From Candidatus Hermodarchaeota archaeon (lineage in GTDB: Archaea; Asgardarchaeota; Lokiarchaeia; Sigyniarchaeales; SOKP01), in NCBI GenBank assembly GCA_048885525.1, contig JBHLLP010000024.1:1-39717 (forward strand): 39,717 nt of DNA, given 5' to 3'. Below the pieces are notes generated by a model, which ran no database searches, was not told where the DNA came from, and saw only the letters and a list, made by a program, of their open reading frames with translations. This document shows positions 9,340-17,660 of the stretch, piece by piece. The translations under genes and the position numbers were made by a program. Within the stretch, counting starts at the first letter, position 1. Every line of letters begins with the position of its first letter.

Positions 9340-9897
9340 TTATTTAAAAGTATTTAAAATTTGAACTGATAAACTTTCGAAAGCCTCATCGACGTTTTCA
9401 TTTAATTTTGCAGAAGTTTCAAAATAATTAACTCCTAACTTTTTAAGCTTATTTTCTATTATTTCTGCATTAATTTCTCTTTTTAAATCATTTTTATTTC
9501 CTACAACTATATATGGTATGTCTCCACTTAACTCCTTTAATTTTGAAATCCAAAAATCTATATGATCGAAAGAGGAGATTTTATCTAGACTAAAAATAAC
9601 CATAGCACCAACTGCTTGGACAAAGTAATATTCATTAGCCCAAAGTTTATCTGTTTGCCCTCCAATGTCCCAAAAATAGAGTTTAAATCCCTTCTGTTTT
9701 ATATCTTTCTTTAATTTTGGATTTTTTAACTTTAACGTATCAATAATTCTCCTTAATTCAATCTCCTTTATTAAAAAATTCGCTCCTATAGTTTGATGGT
9801 ATTCATCACTAAATTGGTCATCAACATATTGAGCTAATAGACTTGTCTTCCCGACTCCAGCATCTCCACATAGAATAACTTTTCCACGGTAAGACAT
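9340..9897 (-). CDS. Rab-like small GTPase
   Basis: GDAGVGKTS, TIGANF, WDIGGQ, GNKND, ETSAK (G1-G5); no C-terminal Cys. Confidence 0.93.
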   Translation of the reverse strand: MSYRGKVILCGDAGVGKTSLLAQYVDDQFSDEYHQTIGANFLIKEIELRRIIDTLKLKNPKLKKDIKQKGFKLYFWDIGGQTDKLWANEYYFVQAVGAMVIFSLDKISSFDHIDFWISKLKELSGDIPYIVVGNKNDLKREINAEIIENKLKKLGVNYFETSAKLNENVDEAFESLSVQILNTFK

Positions 9898-10015
9898 TAA
9901 ATTCTTCCCCTAATTTTTGTATAAATTTAAGAATAATATATTAACTTTTAACCTTAATTACTTATTTTTCTAATAGTGTTTTACAATATATTTTTATTGA
10001 ATTATTTAATTTTAT

Positions 10016-10873
10016 TTAGATTGTTGTATTTGGAAATGGGTTATTTACAGCTTTAGTTAACTTTATTGATTTACATTCACTTGTAATGAAATGCTTAAAC
10101 AAATGTTCATATCCAACAATTTGTTTTTGAGTACCATTTTCTAACCATAAACCTGATGTATATTCTGGTGCTTCTCTTACACTATCTAAAGTTGTGAGCA
10201 AAAACTGATTATCAGTTATCAATAATCCGAAAGGAATAACACTATCCCCTTCAATGGAATGTATTATTACAGAAATTTTTAATAATTTTTTAATTTCTTC
10301 TTTTAAAATCTCATTATATTTTAATGCAATAATAATTTGAATTTCAGAAGAGAACTTCATATTCCAAAGTTCCTTTAACACCCAATCATAACCCCCTAAT
10401 TCTTGCATAAGTAAATCAGGAGTTATGATAAAGAAGATCCTTTCTTTTGCTGAATTGATTAATTCTTTAATTTTTTTTCGAATTTTTGACCTAGAATTGA
10501 TTGACCAAACTCGTGGTTCAGATTCTTCTTTATCAATTTCTAATTCACTTATGATCTTTTCTAATGATAAAGTATCTTCTATCTTTGACTTATATTCGTC
10601 ACGAATTACTTTAAAAATTCTTTCAATAGGAATAACTTGATAATTAGCACCACGTTTAATAGGTTCCTTTTGGATAAATCCCCTCTCAATCAGTCGGTTC
10701 AAAGAATCATAAACTCGAGCTCGATCAACACTTGAATGTTTTGCGATATCTGCTGGACTTAATATTCTAAATTTACATAATGTAAGTAATACTTTTGAAT
10801 CATTTTTAGTGAATCCTAATGATTGAAGCGCATCTTCAATTTCAGATTCATTCAAGTTGTTCTTTTTCGACAT
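10016..10873 (-). CDS. TrmB-family transcriptional regulator
   Basis: LGFT...DIAKHSSVDRARVYDSLNRLIERGFI wHTH followed by effector domain (INSAKERIFF). Confidence 0.88.
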   Translation of the reverse strand: MSKKNNLNESEIEDALQSLGFTKNDSKVLLTLCKFRILSPADIAKHSSVDRARVYDSLNRLIERGFIQKEPIKRGANYQVIPIERIFKVIRDEYKSKIEDTLSLEKIISELEIDKEESEPRVWSINSRSKIRKKIKELINSAKERIFFIITPDLLMQELGGYDWVLKELWNMKFSSEIQIIIALKYNEILKEEIKKLLKISVIIHSIEGDSVIPFGLLITDNQFLLTTLDSVREAPEYTSGLWLENGTQKQIVGYEHLFKHFITSECKSIKLTKAVNNPFPNTTI

Positions 10874-11409
10874 ACACAATTAAAAACTAAAGATCAGTTC
10901 TAATTTTTTTTTTATAATAGTCTAATCAAATATTTACTATTTTAATTTTTAGATCTGAAAAAAAAATAATAATATCGTTTCTTAAGTTTCAAGGTTTTTA
11001 TGTTAAAAATTTTTTTCTATGTAGAACTTTATGAAATCGGTAAAAATCAAAAAATTTGATTTGAAATTATTTATAATTGAAATTATTTATTGAGCTATTA
11101 ATAACTGTTAAAACTTAAAAAAATTAGAATTCACGACTCTCTAAAGTCAAACTTAAATTTTTTTTAATTCCCGATTCATTAATCTTTTAATAAAAATTAA
11201 TTAGTGATTAATATATTTTCAACTGGATCAATTGGATTATTAATATTAGTAAAACATAAAAAAATCAATAAACCAAGGCGTTATTTAATTAAAAAAAAAA
11301 ATTGTTTTTAGTCGGAAAAATTAATATCAAATTAATAAAACGATCTAATTTTCGATTCAACATGATCTCTTATTGCTCTTTCATAGCAATATTAATTCCA
11401 ATCATAACA

Positions 11410-11439
11410 TTTATATAATAGAAATGTGTAGTTATACAT
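11410..11439 (+). promoter_or_regulatory. Putative histone promoter: TATA box plus downstream imperfect palindrome
   Basis: TTTATATA at 11410-11417; ATGTGTA-GT-TATACAT at 11424-11439 (6/7 pairs); GGAGG SD before ATG 11496. Confidence 0.4.
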
Positions 11440-11495
11440 AATTAACATCTAAAAAATAATTAAAAATAAACTAATTAAATAGTGGAGGAATAATT

Positions 11496-11729
11496 ATGGC
11501 TAAAAAGAAAGCACCTGCTAAGAAATCTGAAGGATATATTGCTAAAGCTCCAATAAGGCGCTTAATGAAAAAAGAGGGAGCAGATCTCGTAGCAGCAGAA
11601 GCACTAGATAAATTAATTGATTTCCTTGAAAAGAGTGCAGCTACAGCAACTAAAGAAGCTATTAAGGTTTGTAAAGCTGACAAAAGAAAACGAGTAACAG
11701 CTGCAGATATTCGAAATGCTACAAGGTAA
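11496..11729 (+). CDS. Archaeal histone with Lys-rich N-terminal tail
   Basis: IAKAPIRRLMKKEGA...VAAEA...ADKRKRVTAADI histone fold preceded by MAKKKAPAKKSEG. Confidence 0.93.
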   Translation: MAKKKAPAKKSEGYIAKAPIRRLMKKEGADLVAAEALDKLIDFLEKSAATATKEAIKVCKADKRKRVTAADIRNATR

Positions 11730-11757
11730 ACCTTTCAGGTTTTTATAATTAATGTAA

Positions 11758-11774
11758 TTTTTTTTTCTTTTTTT
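11758..11774 (+). terminator. Oligo-T archaeal terminator after histone gene
   Basis: Long T run (one C interruption) ~30 nt after the stop. Confidence 0.5.
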
Positions 11775-11870
11775 AATTGAATGGAACATTCATAAAATTC
11801 ACTTTTAGAATTCAAATAATTTTCAAATTTGACTAGATTTCAATTAAGAACTCAATATTTAAATAAAAGT

Positions 11871-12392
11871 TCAAAAAAAATTCTTATAAAAATCCTCATT
11901 TAGAAATTTGTGAATTGAGCTATCTAATTTGCGTTTAACAGAATCTAGACTTTCTGGCAGAACACGAGTTTCTCCTACTATATCAATAAATCCAAGTTCA
12001 GAGCCATATCTGGGAACTATATGGAAATGTAAATGTTCTATACTACCCCCAGCATCTCGACTCTGATTGACACCAATATTATACCCTTTAGGATTATATA
12101 ACTCGTCTAGTAATAATTGGATACCTTGAATTGTTCTGTTGATATGAAGGATTTCTTCTTTAGTAAGTTCAAGGAATTTAGTTAGATGTCTATGGGTAGC
12201 TATCATCAGATGAGCGGGGTTGTAAGGATATAAATTTAATACTATAAAACATAAATTATCTTCATAAACTTTTAATAATCTTACTCTCTCATCATTATCA
12301 CGGACAGCACACAGTATACAATCTACATCAGGCCTATCTTTTCCCTGAACGTAATCTAATTTTCCTAATGCTTGTAGCCATTTTTTAAAAAT
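11871..12392 (-). CDS. HIT-family hydrolase (probable ATT start, 173 aa)
   Basis: HLHFHIVPR triad. The frame extends upstream of track ATG 12206 through WLQALGKLDYVQG...DCILCA...LNLYPYNPAHLM up to an in-frame TGA, with no ATG/GTG/TTG. ATT at 12392 lies 6 nt after GGTGA. Confidence 0.88.
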   Translation of the reverse strand: MFKKWLQALGKLDYVQGKDRPDVDCILCAVRDNDERVRLLKVYEDNLCFIVLNLYPYNPAHLMIATHRHLTKFLELTKEEILHINRTIQGIQLLLDELYNPKGYNIGVNQSRDAGGSIEHLHFHIVPRYGSELGFIDIVGETRVLPESLDSVKRKLDSSIHKFLNEDFYKNFF

Positions 12393-12422
12393 TAATTTTC
12401 ACCAGTAATATTTAAATAATAA

Positions 12423-12971
12423 TTATGAATATAAAGAAAAATCAGAATCAGATGTGAATTCTTTAGATTTTAGTAAATCCTCTGGCTTAATTTTACCTGC
12501 ACAATATTCTTCTAATATGATATTACTATACGCGGCAGAATTGAATACTTTTCGAACAATTTTATAAAAAGAATGTTTAGAAATATATCTATTTTTCTTA
12601 AGAAAAACTTGATCTGTTATTTCATATCTATGATTCTTTATATCTATTCGATAAAAAACGTCCTTTAAAAGAAAAGACTTCCTTAAATCCATAAAAAAAT
12701 TCATTTTTTTAGAACTTTCTAATGAATTTAAAGCATTTACATGGGGTTCTGAAATTAGGACTCCCAAGCTTACTATAATTAAACCCTTATTTTTAGGTTT
12801 AATGACTACCATATTTCTGCCAATTTGGCGTCCTAAAGGATCCTTACCAGGAGGAAATATGAATTGAAACCCAAAATCAAGTTTAGGATCAGAAATCTTT
12901 CTTCGTAATAATCCCTCGTCTAGTAGATATTCTTGGATAAGTTGTTCGATATTAGATTCATTACTCGACAT
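12423..12971 (-). CDS. DUF2299-like protein
   Basis: IQEYLLDEGL...FGFQFIFP...VIKPK...ISEPH pattern recalled for archaeal DUF2299. Confidence 0.6.
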   Translation of the reverse strand: MSSNESNIEQLIQEYLLDEGLLRRKISDPKLDFGFQFIFPPGKDPLGRQIGRNMVVIKPKNKGLIIVSLGVLISEPHVNALNSLESSKKMNFFMDLRKSFLLKDVFYRIDIKNHRYEITDQVFLKKNRYISKHSFYKIVRKVFNSAAYSNIILEEYCAGKIKPEDLLKSKEFTSDSDFSLYS

Positions 12972-13071
12972 TATAGCTCAGTAAGGTTAAGAATGAACTT
13001 AATTATATATTTTTTTTCTACACTTGGATAAATATTTCTATTTTTTCCAAACAGAAAGGATTGATAAAAAA

Positions 13072-13425
13072 TTAATATTTTCCTCGTGGTCGGGGTTGAG
13101 GTTCAATTCCAGCTGATTTTAATACCTCTATATTACTTTCTAAATCTTCCAATGGAGTACAATAAATTACCTGAAGAGAATCATAGTCAACGTAAATCTT
13201 GCCAACAATACCCAAACCCATTAATTGGTTATCCTTATCAACAAAAGTATGATCTATATTCATTTTAATAGCTTTTTTACCCCCTTCAAGTTCTACTAAA
13301 GAGGGTTGACAAGCAGTAAATCCAGGACCTCGATTTCTGAGTAAATAATTCATTAAAGCATAGTCTAACTCATCATTTATTTCTCCTCGTTCTTGTATAA
13401 TTTTAATTATACTTGGATCTTGCAT
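13072..13425 (-). CDS. Hypothetical protein
   Basis: 117-aa ORF with normal composition, co-oriented with neighbours. Confidence 0.7.
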   Translation of the reverse strand: MQDPSIIKIIQERGEINDELDYALMNYLLRNRGPGFTACQPSLVELEGGKKAIKMNIDHTFVDKDNQLMGLGIVGKIYVDYDSLQVIYCTPLEDLESNIEVLKSAGIEPQPRPRGKY

Positions 13426-13532
13426 GTCTAAAAAATATATTTTATTTAGATAAAAAAGAGTAGAATTAGTTTTTATTTTTTTTGTTAACCTTCTATAAAA
13501 AAATATAAAATAAAGAATTTAATTTATGGTGT

Positions 13533-13787
13533 TTAATCTTTTTCCTCCAATATTACCTCATCTACTGAATGAAGAGCACAATTCATTGAACCCAAAACTT
13601 CAGTTATTTCATCAAGCGAAAGATTAGTCCCCTCAATATTCATATGCAAAGAAGCAGTTTTTTGATCTAGTTCGTCAACTTTGATGCGAACTTTTGTTAC
13701 TCCATTAATTTTCATTAAAGTGCGAGCTACTAAGTCCACTCCTGGTTGATGTGGTTTTAAAATATCTAAATAATACTCAACTTTCAT
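13533..13787 (-). CDS. DUF211-family protein
   Basis: LDILKPHQP...GVTKVRIKVDELD...IEG...ALHSVDEV. Confidence 0.8.
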   Translation of the reverse strand: MKVEYYLDILKPHQPGVDLVARTLMKINGVTKVRIKVDELDQKTASLHMNIEGTNLSLDEITEVLGSMNCALHSVDEVILEEKD

Positions 13788-13872
13788 TATTTTACTTAAA
13801 CCCTTGAATACAATTATTTAAATATAGTTTTTGTGTATAATTCGTTATTATTTTATTAATTTTTTTTTTAGT

Positions 13873-14562
13873 TTATAAAAGTTTCTTAATAGATTTTATC
13901 AATTTTTGAGGTATTCCATCTTCTTTAATGATTTTATCTGCTTTTTGGAGGGTTTCAACTTTTGCTAATCTTGTTTGTGTGGCTATAGAATATGCTCCAA
14001 CATTGATTGCGGCTTCAATATCACGGATATTATCTCCAATAACTAAAATTTCGTTAGGTTTTACATTTAATTCATTACAGATATAAATTAAATGATCAGG
14101 ATGAGGTTTTAAATTGGTAATATTATCTCTTCCAACTATTAGGTTAAAAAACTGTAATAAGTTCACTTTTTTGAGAGAAATTTCAGCATTTCTTTTTGTA
14201 TTAAATGTGAAAATTGCTTGTTTTAGATGATTATTCATAGCAAATTCTAATACTTGATCTATCCCATTTATCATTGTAGCGTTCTTAGCAGCTTCATATT
14301 CTATTTTAACAATCTCATTATCCACTTCTTCTATTATTTCATTAATTTTTTTCTGAGTTAAACCTTCTTTTTCGAAAAATTCCCTAGCAGATTTCATATT
14401 TTCTAAAATAGAAATATTAACCGTAAGGAGATGTTTAGGAACTCCATATCTTTTTAAAATTTTTATGGCAGTACTTCGTGCTCTTAAATAATCAATTTTA
14501 AAATGAATTAATGTACCATCTAAATCCCAAACGATTGCTTTGATAGGTTTTCTATTCTTCAT
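13873..14562 (-). CDS. HAD-superfamily phosphatase (phosphoglycolate phosphatase-like)
   Basis: WDLDGTL, FTFN, KPHPD, IGDNIRDI motifs. Confidence 0.9.
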   Translation of the reverse strand: MKNRKPIKAIVWDLDGTLIHFKIDYLRARSTAIKILKRYGVPKHLLTVNISILENMKSAREFFEKEGLTQKKINEIIEEVDNEIVKIEYEAAKNATMINGIDQVLEFAMNNHLKQAIFTFNTKRNAEISLKKVNLLQFFNLIVGRDNITNLKPHPDHLIYICNELNVKPNEILVIGDNIRDIEAAINVGAYSIATQTRLAKVETLQKADKIIKEDGIPQKLIKSIKKLL

Positions 14563-15135
14563 TTAATAAGTCAAATCTGAGTAAATTGGTCCCTTTGGAG
14601 TAAGTTCGGATTTTTTTAGTTTTACTTGGTTAATAGTAAAAGTCCCAAACTCAAATTTTTTATTCTCATTTATTAAATTCTTAAGCGTATCAAAGGTTTT
14701 ATAATTTATTTTCCCCTTTTTAAGTCTTGCAATTGTCAAGTGAGGTTTAAATTTAGTTCTTTTATCCTTTTCAATATGCAATTTATCAAACAAGGAATTT
14801 TCAATTGAATCCTTAATGTTCTGCATAAATTGAATGTCACCTACTAGTTTTGTCCATAGAACTGAAAACTTATTAAATTGGCCAACACCTTTCAGATAAT
14901 ATTTAAGAGTTTGACCTTGAAATAATCTTTCATTAATTTCTTCTTGTAAAATCGTATAAATCTTGGGTGCTAAATGTTCAGGTATATTTCCCAAAAATTT
15001 CATTGTCATATGCAAATTTTCAGGTTCTACTAATTTAATATTAGGTTGATTTTGTTTCAATCTTTGAGAAAACAGAACAATTTTTTCAATAGTTTCTAAG
15101 TCTTTTAATTCAATAGCTATGAATGATCTAATCAT
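14563..15135 (-). CDS. thpR: RNA 2',3'-cyclic phosphodiesterase (2H family)
   Basis: RSFIAI, NLHMTMKFLG, PHLTIAR, SELTPKGPIY; ATG at 15135 overlaps the upstream TGA (ATGA). Confidence 0.9.
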   Translation of the reverse strand: MIRSFIAIELKDLETIEKIVLFSQRLKQNQPNIKLVEPENLHMTMKFLGNIPEHLAPKIYTILQEEINERLFQGQTLKYYLKGVGQFNKFSVLWTKLVGDIQFMQNIKDSIENSLFDKLHIEKDKRTKFKPHLTIARLKKGKINYKTFDTLKNLINENKKFEFGTFTINQVKLKKSELTPKGPIYSDLTY

Positions 15136-16265
15136 TTTCTTTCCCAATAATTATAAATTCTCCATCTTTTTTCAGTCATTAGATTTTTATGCTCTGGAAT
15201 AATATGAATTTCTCTTAAATCTTCTAAGGAAGAGGATTTTACTAAATTAATTATATCCTTTAAAAAAAGAATATTCATTTTAGCACGAGTATTAGCATCT
15301 GCAGAAGCATTATGTGGTAATAAAATTATCCTAATATTTGGTTGTTCATGTTTTATTTTTTTCAATCGCATAAGACTTTTAGAATCAATAGGTTCTATAG
15401 GAAACACATCAAAAGCAATATTAATTTGAATTTCTTTATTTTCTAACATAGTTAATAGCGATTCTAGTTCTAAAATACCTCCTCGTGCAGTATTTATTAA
15501 CAAAGAACCTTTTTTCATCAGCTTTAGTAAGTTTTGATTCACGAGATTTTCTGTATATTTATTTAAGGGAATATGTAGACTAACAATATCTGATTCTCTA
15601 AAAATAAACTCAATATTTTCTTTAAATTCAATTAAAGGATATTCTTTTTCAAACTGTTCCATTTGATTATTATCATTATAAAGGATTTTTACACCCCAAG
15701 GATAGAGTCTCCTAACTACCTCTTTTCCAATCTCACCTAAACCTACAATTCCGATTATTTTATTTGTGATTACAGAGGAGAGAGATTTATCTAAATCCCA
15801 TTTATCATCATGAGTCCACTGATCATCCCAAACATAATTATGAAGATCAACTATATTCCTTAAATTCGCCATTATTATAGCTATAGTGTAATCTGCTACA
15901 GTCTCTTGAAGAACCCCTGGAGTGTGAGTAATTAAAATATCATCTTCTTTTATTCTTTGAATGTGATCATATCCTGCTGTTGCTGTAGAAACAGCTATAA
16001 TATTTGATTTTTTTAATATTTTTGATGGTATTTGATGACTTAAGTGGCATCCAAGAATATCAGGGTTAAATCTTTCAATTTCATTTTTAATTTGCTCCTC
16101 TGATGGAAATCTTCCATCGAAAAATTCAATTTCTGAAATTTCCTCTAATTGTTGCCATAAATGTTTGATAATATTACGATATTTTTCTGAGATTTGATCA
16201 TTTGACCCAATTTCCTTCGCTGAGAATACATTCGAGGTAAAGTAAACTTTAGGTTTAAAATTCAT
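15132..16265 (-). CDS. D-isomer-specific 2-hydroxyacid dehydrogenase (glyoxylate reductase-like)
   Basis: AGYDHI, HTPGVL.ETVAD, GIVGLGEIG, INTARG, DVFPIEP, PHNAS. Confidence 0.9.
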   Translation of the reverse strand: MNFKPKVYFTSNVFSAKEIGSNDQISEKYRNIIKHLWQQLEEISEIEFFDGRFPSEEQIKNEIERFNPDILGCHLSHQIPSKILKKSNIIAVSTATAGYDHIQRIKEDDILITHTPGVLQETVADYTIAIIMANLRNIVDLHNYVWDDQWTHDDKWDLDKSLSSVITNKIIGIVGLGEIGKEVVRRLYPWGVKILYNDNNQMEQFEKEYPLIEFKENIEFIFRESDIVSLHIPLNKYTENLVNQNLLKLMKKGSLLINTARGGILELESLLTMLENKEIQINIAFDVFPIEPIDSKSLMRLKKIKHEQPNIRIILLPHNASADANTRAKMNILFLKDIINLVKSSSLEDLREIHIIPEHKNLMTEKRWRIYNYWERK

Positions 16266-16392
16266 ATATATAGTCAGAATTATTAAATGGATGAGTTTAG
16301 TTGTGAACCAATTATATATGTATCTTTGTTATTATCAAGATTTATTCATATTAAATCTAATTTATTTTTAAAAATCTTAAGGTTGGTAGAAA

Positions 16393-16545
16393 ATGACTAA
16401 GATTAGATGTCAAGCATGTAAAAAAGAAATTATAGGAAGAGCTAAAATACAAGAATTTGACCCAATTGAGCCTACAACCATTCATGTACTCTATTCTGAA
16501 TATTATAGAGAGAAATGGATACCTATTCAAGAAATTAATAAGTAA
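16393..16545 (+). CDS. 50-aa micro-ORF resembling a degenerate TRASH/MYM-type zinc finger (possible pseudogene)
   Basis: MTKIRCQACKKEIIGRAKIQEFDPIEPTTIHVLYSEYYREKWIPIQEINK*; CxxC intact, second Cys pair replaced by TAT codons; G-rich stretch upstream. Confidence 0.45.
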   Translation: MTKIRCQACKKEIIGRAKIQEFDPIEPTTIHVLYSEYYREKWIPIQEINK

Positions 16546-16558
16546 TTTTTTTCAATAA

Positions 16559-17521
16559 TCACCTTTTAATTTTACCTGGAAGGTAGAATTCATATTTCTT
16601 TCGAAATAATTTAGTTTTAACGTATCTATCAAAGATTCTTAAATTATACATCAATGACCAAACCAATTTATCGAATTTATAATATTTTTGAATTTCTTCA
16701 AGCGTTATTGCCTCAATTTCAAACTTAGTTGCCTCTTGTCTGAAAAAACCATTAACTACTTTTAGCAAACTTGGAATATATTTTGGTAATTGTTCTTTAA
16801 AGAAGTTAGCAATTAAATCTATTGCCACGTCTCTCCAAATATAATATCTACCAACTAAATCATCAACAAAAATAGCATTCACTAACCCCTGAATATAAGT
16901 AGGAAGTGCTTTTGTTAAAAGCCTCATATTCATTGCTTCAACCCCATTTTTACGAAAAAAAGGAGGAAATGTATCAATATATAGTAATTCTGAATTCTCG
17001 TCTACTCTTGGGTTATTTGGATCATAATTTAAAACAGCAAAGTTTGAAATTTGACCATCTAATCCAACTTCAAATCTTTTATTTTCCATATTAAAAGTCC
17101 AGACTTTTTTCATTTCCCTCATTACTTTAAGTGCTAAAGTTTCTACATCTTTCCTTCCAACTTGATGAATTACCTTGTTTCCGACGGATTCTGGAGGAAT
17201 TCTCTCTTGTATTCCATAAAAAATAATCTTACCATCATCATTTTCAAACCATACAACATCAAGGGGAGGTGTTTTAATATCTATCTCTTCATTTAAGATT
17301 CTATTGTATTCCCTAAAAATATATTCGTGTTTTCTGGCTTGTTTTTCATTTTCAAATATTGGAGATCTCTTATAAGCATAATGTTGAGGGTCATTTACTA
17401 TTTCAAAAACTAAGCTTAATTCTCCATAACCAAGAATCTTAATGGGAATTTTACCTCTTTCAGGGTAAATTGTATTAATTGAACGTTCTAATTCTTTTAA
17501 CAATTCTATATTTACATCCAT
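16559..17521 (-). CDS. Protein-kinase-like-fold protein (DUF6206-like)
   Basis: LGYGELSLV (Gly loop), YAYKR (Lys), LDGQISN (catalytic-loop-like), LYIDT (DFG-like). Confidence 0.6.
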   Translation of the reverse strand: MDVNIELLKELERSINTIYPERGKIPIKILGYGELSLVFEIVNDPQHYAYKRSPIFENEKQARKHEYIFREYNRILNEEIDIKTPPLDVVWFENDDGKIIFYGIQERIPPESVGNKVIHQVGRKDVETLALKVMREMKKVWTFNMENKRFEVGLDGQISNFAVLNYDPNNPRVDENSELLYIDTFPPFFRKNGVEAMNMRLLTKALPTYIQGLVNAIFVDDLVGRYYIWRDVAIDLIANFFKEQLPKYIPSLLKVVNGFFRQEATKFEIEAITLEEIQKYYKFDKLVWSLMYNLRIFDRYVKTKLFRKKYEFYLPGKIKR

Positions 17522-17660
17522 AAAAAATCATATTGAAATTAGAGTTATATCTTAGTTTTAATTTAACATTTATGTTATTTAAAAGTATAAACTTTATTCA
17601 TTTCATTTCTTTTTAGTTATGTATTAGATACATTAAATTTATGATTTATAGGCTAAAAAT

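Noticed and set aside
10880-11495. AT-rich gap as replication origin
   Set aside because: No ORB-like G-string repeats recognised and no orc1/cdc6 nearby.
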